Assembly (NCBI GenBank): GCA_049975265.1
Contig: JBNGDF010000001.1
Location: 64,001-128,000, forward strand
Length of the DNA: 64,000 nucleotides
Source of the DNA: Fidelibacterota bacterium
GTDB lineage: Bacteria > Fidelibacterota > UBA2242
Direction of reading: 5' to 3'
Position numbers and translations under genes: made by a program. The notes under the pieces were generated by a model, which worked only from the letters and a program-made list of their open reading frames with translations, made no database searches and had not been told where the DNA came from. Each line of letters begins with the position of its first letter. Positions within the stretch are counted from its first letter, which is position 1. Shown here in pieces: positions 31,401 to 40,394 of this stretch.

Positions 31401-33406
31401 AACACGCTTGGGGCGCCACACCGGGTTTTCGGAATTCCATCCTGAAATACCACTATGATCTTGCCATAATGGAAGGTAGTTTTCAATTCGCCAAGCCGGT
31501 GTTGGCACCGGGTGAAATGACGGATTTTGAATTGACGGTAGTTAACCGGGGGACCGAACCGTCGGACCCGGCTCGGATTGAATTGTATCATGACCAAAAC
31601 CAAGACGGAAACCCGGCTCCGGCGGAACTGGTTTGGAGCAGCGCCGCTGTTCCGGCACTTCTGCCCGACTCCGGTAAGGTGATGGAGGGTAAAATCTCTG
31701 CTGAAATGTCCGGGCGGAACCATTATATTGCGGTTCTGAAAATGGACCGCGATGAAGATTTGTTTGATAATTTTGCCGGCGCCGAGCTGCTGATCTCTTT
31801 TCCTGAAAAATCGCTGGTGCTGAACGAGTTTTTTGCCTATCCGAATGCTAATCAGACAGAATTCGTTGAGCTGGTTAACCAGAGCGGACTGAACATAAAG
31901 CTGGGGGGTTGGTATCTGTATGATAACCGCAGCGCCGGGCGAATTTCCGGTGATGTAATTATTAAAAATGGAGCCTATCTTGTTCTGACCCAGGACAGCC
32001 TCCTGTTAGAGCAGTTTGTCATCGGGGACAGTGCGGTTGTGATCGTTCCGTCGAAGTGGCCCGGTCTGAGCAACAGCGGTGATAAGATTGTGATAAAGGA
32101 CCTGACCGGGCGGATGATTGATTCTCTGGAATATACCGAACAGTGGGGCTTAAAACCCGGTCTTTCCCATGAAAAACGGCTGCTCCGCCTTGCCAGCGAG
32201 GCTGTTGATAATTGGTCATTATCCAGTGACAAACAGGGTGCGACTCCCGGTTATATCAACTCAATTACGCCGCGCCTCTACGATTTAAAAATGGATTCAA
32301 TCAAAATTACCGTTTATGATAACACAATGGATTCAAAAGCCCGGTTACTATGTTGGTTTTCCAATTGTGGACAACGCGCTTGTGCGGTAGCGGAAATGAT
32401 GGTGCAATGCGATGATTATTTGATTGCCACGCAGGTGGTGAACAATATCGCCGTCGGAATGGGGAATTCCCTTGAGTTTGAGATCGGTCCCTTCGAATCG
32501 GGAATTCATTGCCTGGATGTCTTTGTTGCTTGGACGGAGGACCTGGAACATGGCAACGATACCCTCCGCACCGAAATCAGAACCGCTTTTCAGCCCGGGT
32601 CGCTGCTTTTGTCAGAATTCATGGCTTATCCCGACGATATATTCGCCGAAAACAGTCCCATTTGCGAGTATATCGAAATCTATAATCCAGCCGGCAAAAT
32701 ACCGCTTAAAGGCTGGTCAGTTTGCGATGAGAATACGGCGATTTTAGCCGAAATTCGGGAGGAGAAGACAATCCAGCCAGGCAGATATTTTGTTCTCGCT
32801 GCCGACTCGACGATTTTCAATTATCCCGGTGTAAACCCGGAAAACACCGCAGTTCTGGAAAAATTTCCGACGCTTAACAACAGCGCCGATGCAATTTATA
32901 TCAAAGATGTCGTTGGTCGGACCATAGACAGTCTGGTCTATACGGCGAAATGGGAAATTATCCGGAATGTTTCCCAGGAAAGAATCCGTTTCGATAATCC
33001 CAATACCGCTGAAAACTGGCGACTTTCGACGGCAGCTGCGGGCGGAACGCCGGGATATATAAATTCCGTCGCGATTGACGAGGAATTGACAAAACCGGGT
33101 ATAAAGGTTGAACCGAACCCATTTACTCCGAACGGCGACGGAATTGATGATGAGGTGGCGATTTTGTATCAGTTACCGTTTCCCAGCGCCAGTGTGTCGG
33201 TGCAGGTCTATGATATGCTGGGACGCCTGATCTTTGAACCTGCCAGGAACCTGGTTTCATCTTCACAGGGGGTGGTCTACTGGGACGGCAGTAGTCAGTA
33301 TGGCAATCGGGCGCGGATCGGCATGTATGTTGTCCGTCTTTCTGCTACTGACCGGACCAGTGACAAGACTGTTGGATATGTCACAACCGTTGTGCTGGGG
33401 CGGTGA
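28418..33406 (+). CDS. Large secreted lamin-tail-domain/CARDB repeat protein with C-terminal sorting (CHU_C/FlgD-like) domain
   Basis: Signal peptide; six (I/L)(N/S)E modules each ending G(G/A)TPG..NS, separated by DL.I..DxNxxN CARDB-like units; C-terminal PNPFTPNGDGIDD..VYDMLGRLI..WDG..GMYVV. Confidence 0.85.
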   Translation: MIKRIYPLLYVLFWLLLTSILRSQALVINEVMFDAVGADSYDEYIELVNIGDTPVGLEGCFFRINDNVDTIKCNGTADILNPGAFGLILDRGYLIDHLSTTYDAIIPDGAVLCTVRDDAFGSNGIPNSAPATIVLCSPEGDTLSVMQTKPDQVSGYSEERIDVYGLDNLSNWGNSLCLYGTPGFENSIAIRDYDLGITRLVLLSECGFIPSQREGEFEIGIQNFGRYLFAEAEIRFGVDENGDSLLQSGEVIHTKQVSLASGDSTTIRVALPAPKPGFHRVLCTIVESDGNPDNNLEFLDVKVAYPTGCLAINEFMYAPLTGFGGEWIELLNVSEDTVNLAFWQICDATSRVVISAHDIYIPPHEYAVLTSDATMPDHWNPGGVFVLLETSLPTLNNTEDSVVVRDHCGQVVDSLKYSSSWGYQQGVSLERIDARANSDQAENWTLSRESAGGTPGYENSVKIREYDLAITRIGLQDESVILNPGDIAALYVVVKNIGRRTVDNAELFLGIDTNGDSILQQREVLYMDILTIAQGDSVVLYPGILDVRSGKNCVIGQIMTADDNHRNNIAFYSFNVSYLSGQVAINEFMYVPAAGQGGEWVELLNVSEDMVNLASWQICDAASQAVIADHDICIPPQGYAVLSSDEAVSDIWNPGGVFVLLETSLPTLNNTSDSIVVRDLCGKVIDSLKYTSSWGYRQGVSLERINPFAESGVADNWRLSVDSSGGTPGFPNSQMIKNDDLALDTIYVDTEYPSHNTPFEIKYRVGNRGLATVESYSVYLGINLPAAAVSGTIVMDTILYYENLLPTGVVETHSLTVDSIPGGVYEIYCETFLQGDEQPENDWDSCALVIGYPPGCLVISEVMNVPESGESEWFEIYNPSDFHVDLNRWSFRDAGGGWQMIADQTTILESSGFLIIAARQDFLQTYPQFTGELIVPEKFPILNNSSDSLFLADGTSRMIEKVFFRQDWGGAAGISIERRDPNSPALNALNWGSSEHAWGATPGFRNSILKYHYDLAIMEGSFQFAKPVLAPGEMTDFELTVVNRGTEPSDPARIELYHDQNQDGNPAPAELVWSSAAVPALLPDSGKVMEGKISAEMSGRNHYIAVLKMDRDEDLFDNFAGAELLISFPEKSLVLNEFFAYPNANQTEFVELVNQSGLNIKLGGWYLYDNRSAGRISGDVIIKNGAYLVLTQDSLLLEQFVIGDSAVVIVPSKWPGLSNSGDKIVIKDLTGRMIDSLEYTEQWGLKPGLSHEKRLLRLASEAVDNWSLSSDKQGATPGYINSITPRLYDLKMDSIKITVYDNTMDSKARLLCWFSNCGQRACAVAEMMVQCDDYLIATQVVNNIAVGMGNSLEFEIGPFESGIHCLDVFVAWTEDLEHGNDTLRTEIRTAFQPGSLLLSEFMAYPDDIFAENSPICEYIEIYNPAGKIPLKGWSVCDENTAILAEIREEKTIQPGRYFVLAADSTIFNYPGVNPENTAVLEKFPTLNNSADAIYIKDVVGRTIDSLVYTAKWEIIRNVSQERIRFDNPNTAENWRLSTAAAGGTPGYINSVAIDEELTKPGIKVEPNPFTPNGDGIDDEVAILYQLPFPSASVSVQVYDMLGRLIFEPARNLVSSSQGVVYWDGSSQYGNRARIGMYVVRLSATDRTSDKTVGYVTTVVLGR
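29552..30429 (+). repeat. Intragenic direct repeat: 59-bp identical copies at 29552-29610 and 30371-30429, period 819 bp
   Basis: TGGAATCCGGGAGGTGTTTTTGTGTTGCTGGAAACGTCCCTGCCGACGCTGAATAATAC occurs twice; flanks (about 29422-29471 vs 30241-30290) are also near-identical. Confidence 0.95.
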
Positions 33407-33503
33407 AGGAATGCAAAATAACCTTGATTTTTTGGATATCCATATGTAACATTCTTCACATGTTATTATCAAAAGGCTAAATTGTTAAGGGAGGATGTAA
33501 GAA

Positions 33504-34592
33504 ATGAAAAATGGTTTTATCGCTGTGATAGTTGTTTTGTCGTTGATGGTTTCTGTGTTCGCTCAGGAATTCTCAATGGACCGGGTGACGGAATTGGTCG
33601 AAACTAATGGGAAAAATTATCTTCAGCCATTAGTTACGGGTTACGGCTCAGCCATGAACACAGGACTGTTTAATACGGCAAAAACACACAAATTGCTTGG
33701 TTTTGATATTGGATTAAGAATGGGGGTAGGAATTGTCCCAACCGGTGAACAGTCAACGTATGACTTTGATGTTTCCGTTTTGGACAATATTTCGGTTCCC
33801 CTTGGTGATTACACACTTGATTTGAACCCGGCAGAGCTATTTTCAGACACGGAGACTCCGACCATTCTTGGTGGAGACGCAGAACCGTTTGAAGTAGATC
33901 AGAGCTACATTGAGCAGGCGCTCTTTAATGCTATTAAAAATGAACAGCCGAGTTTGTCCGACGATCAGGTAAATCAGATTATTAGTGGGATGAGTGGTGA
34001 TATTGCGAGTGCTGTTAATGACATTAACATTTCCTCCATACCGGGAATGAAATCAATCAACGCACTAAAAGACCTGGAAAACCTGATTTTCCCCTTTCCG
34101 ATTATCCAGGCAAGTATTGGATTGCCCATGGGGATTGAGCCATCCATCAGGGTAATTCCGGCAATATCGATTCCCGGCGATGTTGGCGATGCCCTTGGAG
34201 AGATCTCTGCTTTTGGCGCAGGCTTGAAGCTGGACCTTGATCAATTCATTCCAATACCCCTTTTCCCGGTTGATATTGCCGCACAAGCATACTATCAGAC
34301 GTTCAAAATGGGTGATATTCTATCAGCTAATAATGTTAATTTCAATATTCACGCCAGTAAAAAATTGTTGATGTTTACGCCGTATTTAGGAATTGGTGTG
34401 GACAATACATCGTTTACGGCGTCCTATAAAATGGGTGATGGCGAGAAGCAGGACTTTACCATTGAAGGTGACAATAAACTGAGAACCACCGTCGGTCTTA
34501 ATATCAAGCTTCTTGTTCTGCAGATCAATGCCGAATATGCGATGGGCGAATACAACTCCGCAGCTATTGGGGTTGGATTTGCTTTGAGATAA
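33504..34592 (+). CDS. DUF6588-like outer-membrane beta-barrel protein
   Basis: GGAGG SD, signal peptide, YLQPLVTGYGSAMNTGLFNTAKTHKLLGFDIG, HASKKL..TPYLGIG, C-terminal GVGFALR. Confidence 0.7.
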   Translation: MKNGFIAVIVVLSLMVSVFAQEFSMDRVTELVETNGKNYLQPLVTGYGSAMNTGLFNTAKTHKLLGFDIGLRMGVGIVPTGEQSTYDFDVSVLDNISVPLGDYTLDLNPAELFSDTETPTILGGDAEPFEVDQSYIEQALFNAIKNEQPSLSDDQVNQIISGMSGDIASAVNDINISSIPGMKSINALKDLENLIFPFPIIQASIGLPMGIEPSIRVIPAISIPGDVGDALGEISAFGAGLKLDLDQFIPIPLFPVDIAAQAYYQTFKMGDILSANNVNFNIHASKKLLMFTPYLGIGVDNTSFTASYKMGDGEKQDFTIEGDNKLRTTVGLNIKLLVLQINAEYAMGEYNSAAIGVGFALR

Positions 34593-34617
34593 TCAATATA
34601 TTGTAAATATTACATAT

Positions 34618-34656
34618 GGGGGACATTTTTAAGTGTCCCCCTTTATTATTTTTTTC
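34618..34656 (+). terminator. Rho-independent terminator
   Basis: GGGGGACA-loop-TGTCCCCC followed by a T-rich tract. Confidence 0.85.
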
Positions 34657-34715
34657 GTTTCAGAAAATAATTAATTAATTTTGCTCCAGGTTTTATACAG
34701 GGAGAAAAGTTATCA

Positions 34716-35468
34716 ATGGGTAAATGGACGGGAACAATCATCGGTGGCGGGATCGGCTGGGCGCTGTTCGGACCGCTGGGTGCCTTGCTGGGGGCATATA
34801 TCGGCAATATGGTTTCAGAAAACCGGTCTCGCGGCGGTGCCTATCAACGGCAGTCGATTTACGGAGAGAGTTCTCCCTATGGCGATACCCGCGCCGGCGA
34901 TTTTGCGGTGGCACTGCTGTCGCTCTTTGCTTATGTCAGCAAATCGGACCAGACGGTGCGCTCGTCAGAAGTTCAGTACGTCAAGGATTATCTTATTAAA
35001 AAATTCGGCACTCAGAATGCCCGCGATCTGATGTATCTGTACCGCGAAATTCTGAAAAAGAGTTATAACATTAGCGATATATCCCATCAGATTAGCCGAC
35101 ATATGGATTACTATTCCCGCCTTGAGCTGGTGCACATCCTTTATGGCATTGCCGGTGCCGACGGTGAATTTAACCCGGCTGAATTGCGCGCCATTCAGGA
35201 AATTTGTACGGGGCTTGGGCTTTCCTCTGATGACCACAATTCCATCAAATCCATTTTCCTTAAGACCAACCATCGGGAGTATGCTATTTTAAACGTATCG
35301 CCCCGGGACGATGTTGAGACAATTAAAAAAGCCTATCGTGATCTGGCTGTCAAGTATCATCCCGACAAGGTTGCCAATCTCGGTCCTGAAATTCAGGAGT
35401 TGGCGGAGGAAAAATTCAAGGCAATCAATGATGCTTATCAGAAAATCCGTAAAGAGCGGGGATTTTAA
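34716..35468 (+). CDS. djlA: DjlA-like co-chaperone (TerB-like domain plus C-terminal J domain)
   Basis: N-terminal [22 protein letters not shown] motif, YHPDKV J-domain. Confidence 0.85.
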   Translation: MGKWTGTIIGGGIGWALFGPLGALLGAYIGNMVSENRSRGGAYQRQSIYGESSPYGDTRAGDFAVALLSLFAYVSKSDQTVRSSEVQYVKDYLIKKFGTQNARDLMYLYREILKKSYNISDISHQISRHMDYYSRLELVHILYGIAGADGEFNPAELRAIQEICTGLGLSSDDHNSIKSIFLKTNHREYAILNVSPRDDVETIKKAYRDLAVKYHPDKVANLGPEIQELAEEKFKAINDAYQKIRKERGF

Positions 35469-35483
35469 CCAAATTTTGTAAAT

Positions 35484-36269
35484 ATGGACACCGAATATAC
35501 GATCGCCGACCTGGCTGTGAATATGCACAATCTCGATAAAAGGATCGTGCATTTCAGCGTTATTGATTCGACCAACCGGTTTTTGCTTGAGGAGAATGAT
35601 TTATCCGGCGGAACGGTGGTGTGGGCGGATTACCAGACCGCCGGGCGGGGGCGCTTTAACCGGGCCTGGCAGAGTCCGCCGGGCGACGCACTGCTCTTTT
35701 CAATATTGTTGCGCGAGCCCTATTGTGCCATTAGTTTATCAGTATATCCTCTCCTGGCGGCGGTGGGGGTATATGACGGACTCCGCTCTGTTTTGCCAGA
35801 GGGAAATGTCCTTTCTGTGAAATGGCCGAATGATATTTTGTTGAACGGAAAGAAGGTGTGTGGAATATTGGCGCAGAGCCGGATGAAGGGAGCGCGCTGT
35901 GAATCTTTGGTCGTCGGCGTCGGGCTGAACGTCAATCAGCCGAAGGATTTCTTTCAAGAGAATTTAAAAAACGCAAGCTCCATTTTTCTGGAGACCGGCT
36001 GTCAATGGGACCGTTTTGAGATATTGCAGCGGGTTTTGTTGGCGATCGACCATTTGTTGACGGAGCTTTCGGTTTCCGGCAGACGTGTGATTATGGAAAA
36101 GTGGTCGGATGCATGCGATTCGGTGGGGCAGATGATTGCGATTCATGACGGGAATGAGACAGTATCCGGAATTTTTCACGGAGTCGCAAGTGATGGTGCA
36201 ATGCGGCTGGAGACCGGTTCCGGAGTGAGAACATTTTATGCCGGAGATGTTTCGGTGGTGAAGGAGTGA
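35484..36269 (+). CDS. birA: Biotin--[acetyl-CoA-carboxylase] ligase (no HTH)
   Basis: DSTN, QTAGRGR, KWPNDI, KVCGIL, GVGLNVNQ. Confidence 0.95.
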   Translation: MDTEYTIADLAVNMHNLDKRIVHFSVIDSTNRFLLEENDLSGGTVVWADYQTAGRGRFNRAWQSPPGDALLFSILLREPYCAISLSVYPLLAAVGVYDGLRSVLPEGNVLSVKWPNDILLNGKKVCGILAQSRMKGARCESLVVGVGLNVNQPKDFFQENLKNASSIFLETGCQWDRFEILQRVLLAIDHLLTELSVSGRRVIMEKWSDACDSVGQMIAIHDGNETVSGIFHGVASDGAMRLETGSGVRTFYAGDVSVVKE

Positions 36270-36272
36270 ACG

Positions 36273-37040
36273 ATGCTTTTGGTGATTGATATCGGAAATA
36301 CCAACACGGTTATCGGGATTTATCGGGGAGACCGGCTGGTGGCGAGCTGGCGGCTGGTCAGCTCCCATACCCGGACGGCGGACGAGTACTGGATTTTGGT
36401 TCGGCAGCTCTCCATTTCTGCCGATATCCCGACGGAGCGGATTGACGGCATTGCCATCAGCTCGGTAGTGCCGGAGCTGACGGACAGTTTCACGAGGATG
36501 AGCCGGGATCATTTTCAGCTGGAGCCTCTGATTGTCAGCAGTGATTTAGAATTGGGAATTGCGCTGAAGGTGCGGGAACCGAAACAGATCGGCGCCGACC
36601 GCTTGTGTAATATTGTTGCTGCGAAAGAACTTTTTGATTGTCCGCTGATTGTGGTGGACCTCGGCACCGCCACCACATTTGATGTCGTAAACCGAAGCGG
36701 AGAGTACGTGGGAGGCGCGATTTCACCGGGGCTCGTGACCGGTTCACTGGAGCTGATTCGCAAAGCGGCGCAGCTGCATGATATTGATTTGCGTTATCCC
36801 GCCCGAATGATTGGCAAGACGACCAAAGAGCACATGCAGAGCGGAATTTTTATCGGTCATATTGCCATGATCGAAGGTATTGTGGATCGAATGAGGTCCG
36901 AGCTGGGTGAAGAAAACCTGCAGGTGATTACCACCGGCGGTTATGCCGAGGAGATCGCCCGGCACACAGACCGGGTGAACCGTTTTGATAAAAATTTGAC
37001 TCTGACGGGACTCCGTTTGATATACAAAATGAACAGATAG
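36273..37040 (+). CDS. coaX: Type III pantothenate kinase
   Basis: IDIGNTNT, SSVVP, GADR, DLGTATT, GGAISPG, TGG. Confidence 0.96.
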   Translation: MLLVIDIGNTNTVIGIYRGDRLVASWRLVSSHTRTADEYWILVRQLSISADIPTERIDGIAISSVVPELTDSFTRMSRDHFQLEPLIVSSDLELGIALKVREPKQIGADRLCNIVAAKELFDCPLIVVDLGTATTFDVVNRSGEYVGGAISPGLVTGSLELIRKAAQLHDIDLRYPARMIGKTTKEHMQSGIFIGHIAMIEGIVDRMRSELGEENLQVITTGGYAEEIARHTDRVNRFDKNLTLTGLRLIYKMNR

Positions 37041-37049
37041 GAGGCGATC

Positions 37050-38015
37050 ATGCGATGTACGCGACTGGGCAAGACCGGATTATCGGTATCAACGATCGGT
37101 TTCGGGGCGTGGGCTATCGGCGGGACAAATTGGGGCGCCACCGATGATGACGTTTCGAAAAGAGCTCTGCACGCTGCCCTCGACCTGGGCGTCACCTTCA
37201 TTGATACCGCCGATGTCTACGGATTTGGACATTCGGAGTCATTGATTGCCGAAGTTATTGCAGAGCGTGGCGGTAAGGCAGATATCGTCATTGCCACCAA
37301 GGCGGGGAACGATTTTTATCATGCCGGCAGAGAAGATGATGCGGGCTACGGACCTATTCGCCAGACCTATACCAAAGAGTACATCCGCTTCGCCGCCGAG
37401 CAGAGCCTGAAGCGCCTGCGGTTAGATACCCTGGATATCCTGCAGCTGCACTCCGGGGATCTGGAGAATCTTGACCGGGACGAACCGTGGGAAACATTAC
37501 AGAGATTAAAACAGGAGGGAAAAATTCGCTACGCCGGTTGGAGTGTGCAATCGTTTCAGGAAACCGCCCACGCCTTTTTGCTGGATCGCTATCATGACGT
37601 TATTGATACGATTCAGGTACGCTACAATCTTCTGGAGCGGGGGGCGGAGAAAGAACTGTTTCCCAGGGCGATGAAATACAATATCGGGGTAATTGTCAGA
37701 ATACCTCTCCTGTTCGGTCTGCTAACGGGCAAATTCAGCCGCAGTTCCAGATTTGGGGAGAATGATCATCGCCGGATGAATCTGTCGCCGGAGAAGATGG
37801 AGAAATATCTGGAACAGATGGAGAAATGTCAATCGTTATACAATCGCTATCCGGATCAGACAGCCGCACAGGTCAGTTTGCGGTTCTGTATTTCGCATCC
37901 CGCCTGTCATCTGGCAATTCCCGGTGCAAAAACCGCCCAGCAGGTCGCGGATAATTGCGCTGCTTCGGACCTGGGACCTTTGCCTGTGGAAGATATTCCC
38001 TCTCTGGAACCGTAG
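37050..38015 (+). CDS. Aldo/keto reductase
   Basis: GFGAWAIGG, DTADVYG, IATK, SLKRL..D.LDILQLH, IPGAK. Confidence 0.93.
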   Translation: MRCTRLGKTGLSVSTIGFGAWAIGGTNWGATDDDVSKRALHAALDLGVTFIDTADVYGFGHSESLIAEVIAERGGKADIVIATKAGNDFYHAGREDDAGYGPIRQTYTKEYIRFAAEQSLKRLRLDTLDILQLHSGDLENLDRDEPWETLQRLKQEGKIRYAGWSVQSFQETAHAFLLDRYHDVIDTIQVRYNLLERGAEKELFPRAMKYNIGVIVRIPLLFGLLTGKFSRSSRFGENDHRRMNLSPEKMEKYLEQMEKCQSLYNRYPDQTAAQVSLRFCISHPACHLAIPGAKTAQQVADNCAASDLGPLPVEDIPSLEP

Positions 38016-38020
38016 ATGCC

Positions 38021-38404
38021 ATGATTATCCGTAATATCTCTCTGTTTTTATATCGCAACCGACGGACCCTGATGACGTGGACCATCATTGTTTTGGCGAT
38101 TATCCTGGGAATTGCATTCCATATTGATAAAGAGATCATCGCAGTCGCCGTCGTCATATTTGGTATCGTTGCAAACGCCTTTGCGGGACTGGCAGGGATC
38201 ATCGCTATGGTCCCGGTTATCGGCCCCGTTTTGATCAAGGTTCTATCGTTACCGCTTTTCTGGCTTTTTAATGCCCTGGGATATTTTGTTTCGGTTTTGG
38301 CTATTAAAAAAGGTTACGGTCGCGATGTGGTCAGCTACCGGATGATTACGATCATCTTTTTAATCGGCTTTGCGGTCGGGTTTATCATTGCCAAAATAGT
38401 CTGA
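38021..38404 (+). CDS. Hypothetical membrane protein
   Basis: Several hydrophobic helices; ATG 5 nt after the aldo/keto reductase stop. Confidence 0.75.
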   Translation: MIIRNISLFLYRNRRTLMTWTIIVLAIILGIAFHIDKEIIAVAVVIFGIVANAFAGLAGIIAMVPVIGPVLIKVLSLPLFWLFNALGYFVSVLAIKKGYGRDVVSYRMITIIFLIGFAVGFIIAKIV

Positions 38405-40393
38405 GGCGGGTGTAATTGTGACGGATATGATTTCATCTCCCCTTTCTATTCTTTCCGCGACGGACAGACCTTGAATGACAGTGCCGAAGAGGGTGTAATT
38501 GGCGTCCAGATGGTATTGAGCGCTTGTGGTGATGAAAAATTGTGAGCCCTCTGTATCGGCTCCGGCGTTTGCCATGCCCACGGTACCGGGTTCAAAGCGG
38601 AGCGGAGAGCGTTCCGTGCGCAGATAGTAAGCAGGACCACCCCAGCCATCGCCGCGTGGATCACCGCTTTGAGCAACGAAATTCGGGATGACCCGGTGAA
38701 ATAGTAATCCGTCGTAAAATCCCGACTCGATCCGGTGGAGAAACGCATCTACTGTGTAAGGTGCATAAAAGCCATCACACCGGATGACAATCACTCCCCG
38801 ATTGGTGGTTATTTTGACCATCGGGTCGATGCCGTATTTTTGCAGCTTCGAGAGATTCCGGTATAGATTGGCGTCATAATATATATTTGACGAAGAGAAA
38901 ATCAGATTATAAGATTCCCTCAACACCCGACCTGCCTCCTGCCGGAGAGCCCGGTTTCTACAATGCAATAATGGAAAAAGGATTTCGGTTGCATCCGGTG
39001 GGTGAATGGATTCAATCGCCCGGATCACCACCACCAGTGATTCGGTATAGCGATAACGGTTACGATTTTCCAGACAGTTGTACAGATGTGGTAAAAATAT
39101 GCTGTCGGGGCTGGTGGATGAGATGTACTGTGCCGACAGGAAAATTTTTACTGGGTCTGCACTCGTCAGACCGCTGATAATCAATTGCTCGCCCGTACTG
39201 TTTAAAATCAACTGGTTTTTTAGCAATGAATCGAGCTGTCCGACCAGAAAGCCGTACGCCGTAGTAGCCACGGATTTTTGGTGGTGATCAATCAGAGGCA
39301 GGACGGTCTGGTAGATTTTTTGAGATGGCGGACGGGAACGAAATCCGGCGATCATGTCCGGCAGGAAAGCGGTTTCTACAGCAAGGCTGTCCTGAATTTT
39401 CTGAAGCGGGGAATCCTCCCGGGAATAGATAAAGGTGATGGCGGACCCGCGTACCGACCTGTGAGGAGAGTCGATATTGCGTAGAATTTTGGAAATGATC
39501 CTGTTGCTCAGGATCAGCCGGGGGGGTGGATTCTGCTGAGCAGCGGCGACCACATGGGCAGATGAATCATCCAGCAGGGCTGTCCAGAGAGTCTCGGCAT
39601 TTTCTAAAGACGGTAGAGCCTGAACCGCCTCGTACCGGACACGCCAGTCGGTATCACCCAGAAAATGGCGGTAGATTTCAGATTTGCCACGGAATTGGAC
39701 GTTTTTTAGCAGACGAGCGGCTGTAATACGCACCGCGGTGTCCGGACTGTTCCCGGCTGTCAGCAACAGATTTACATAGGGTTTGATGTTGTCGGTGTCC
39801 CGGATTCGCTGCAGGGCTACCGCCGCCGCCTGGCGGGCGGTTTGATTGGGCGATAAAAGGGTCTGATAGCAGATATGCAGGAGTGAGTCATCAAACACAC
39901 CGCGTTGAAACCAGTGCACCGCCGATGTACATAGTGTTGTTCGGTCTGCCTCGTTGTGGAGTCTTTTCCGGACCGCCTGTAGATGGTGCGGATTGCCGAT
40001 TCGCCCCAGAGCCAACACCGTCTGCCGAACAATGTCAGGATCCTCCGCCTGCTCCAGCTGACGGCGTAACATCTCCTGAGATTGCCGGCAGGGCAGCAAT
40101 CCGGCGGCAAAGGTTGCTGCGCTGCGCACCACTGCAGATTCATCTGCAAGAAACGTTGCTAAAGCGGATACAAGAGTGGTGTCTTGTGAATTGCCGATAG
40201 CCAGACAGAGTCGAAAGCGGTCACGCGGGCTTGGCAGAGGCAGAGCTTCTTTCAGGAGCAGACTCAGTTGTCGCTCGTTCTGATACCGGAGAATCCGTTT
40301 TTCGTTCTCGGAAAATGGACCTTTTGAACAGCTGAAAGGGAGCAGAACAAATAAGACGATGGGCAGTATTATGGAGAAAGAACGTTTGAAAAT
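38360..40393 (-). CDS. HEAT-repeat plus cyclophilin-type PPIase lipoprotein (proposed ATT start at 40393)
   Basis: HEAT repeats (DWRVRYEAVQAL); FYDGLLFHRVIPNFVAQSGDP..GSQFFIT..HLD.YTLFG; lipobox-like PFSC. Confidence 0.85.
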   Translation of the reverse strand: MFKRSFSIILPIVLFVLLPFSCSKGPFSENEKRILRYQNERQLSLLLKEALPLPSPRDRFRLCLAIGNSQDTTLVSALATFLADESAVVRSAATFAAGLLPCRQSQEMLRRQLEQAEDPDIVRQTVLALGRIGNPHHLQAVRKRLHNEADRTTLCTSAVHWFQRGVFDDSLLHICYQTLLSPNQTARQAAAVALQRIRDTDNIKPYVNLLLTAGNSPDTAVRITAARLLKNVQFRGKSEIYRHFLGDTDWRVRYEAVQALPSLENAETLWTALLDDSSAHVVAAAQQNPPPRLILSNRIISKILRNIDSPHRSVRGSAITFIYSREDSPLQKIQDSLAVETAFLPDMIAGFRSRPPSQKIYQTVLPLIDHHQKSVATTAYGFLVGQLDSLLKNQLILNSTGEQLIISGLTSADPVKIFLSAQYISSTSPDSIFLPHLYNCLENRNRYRYTESLVVVIRAIESIHPPDATEILFPLLHCRNRALRQEAGRVLRESYNLIFSSSNIYYDANLYRNLSKLQKYGIDPMVKITTNRGVIVIRCDGFYAPYTVDAFLHRIESGFYDGLLFHRVIPNFVAQSGDPRGDGWGGPAYYLRTERSPLRFEPGTVGMANAGADTEGSQFFITTSAQYHLDANYTLFGTVIQGLSVAERIERGDEIISVTITPASDYFGNDKPDRKAD

Positions 40394-40394
40394 T

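Noticed and set aside
28418..33406. Possible CRISPR- or DGR-like repeats in the large gene
   Set aside because: The repeats are in-frame protein modules. There is no spacer array, no adenine-specific variation pattern and no reverse transcriptase nearby.
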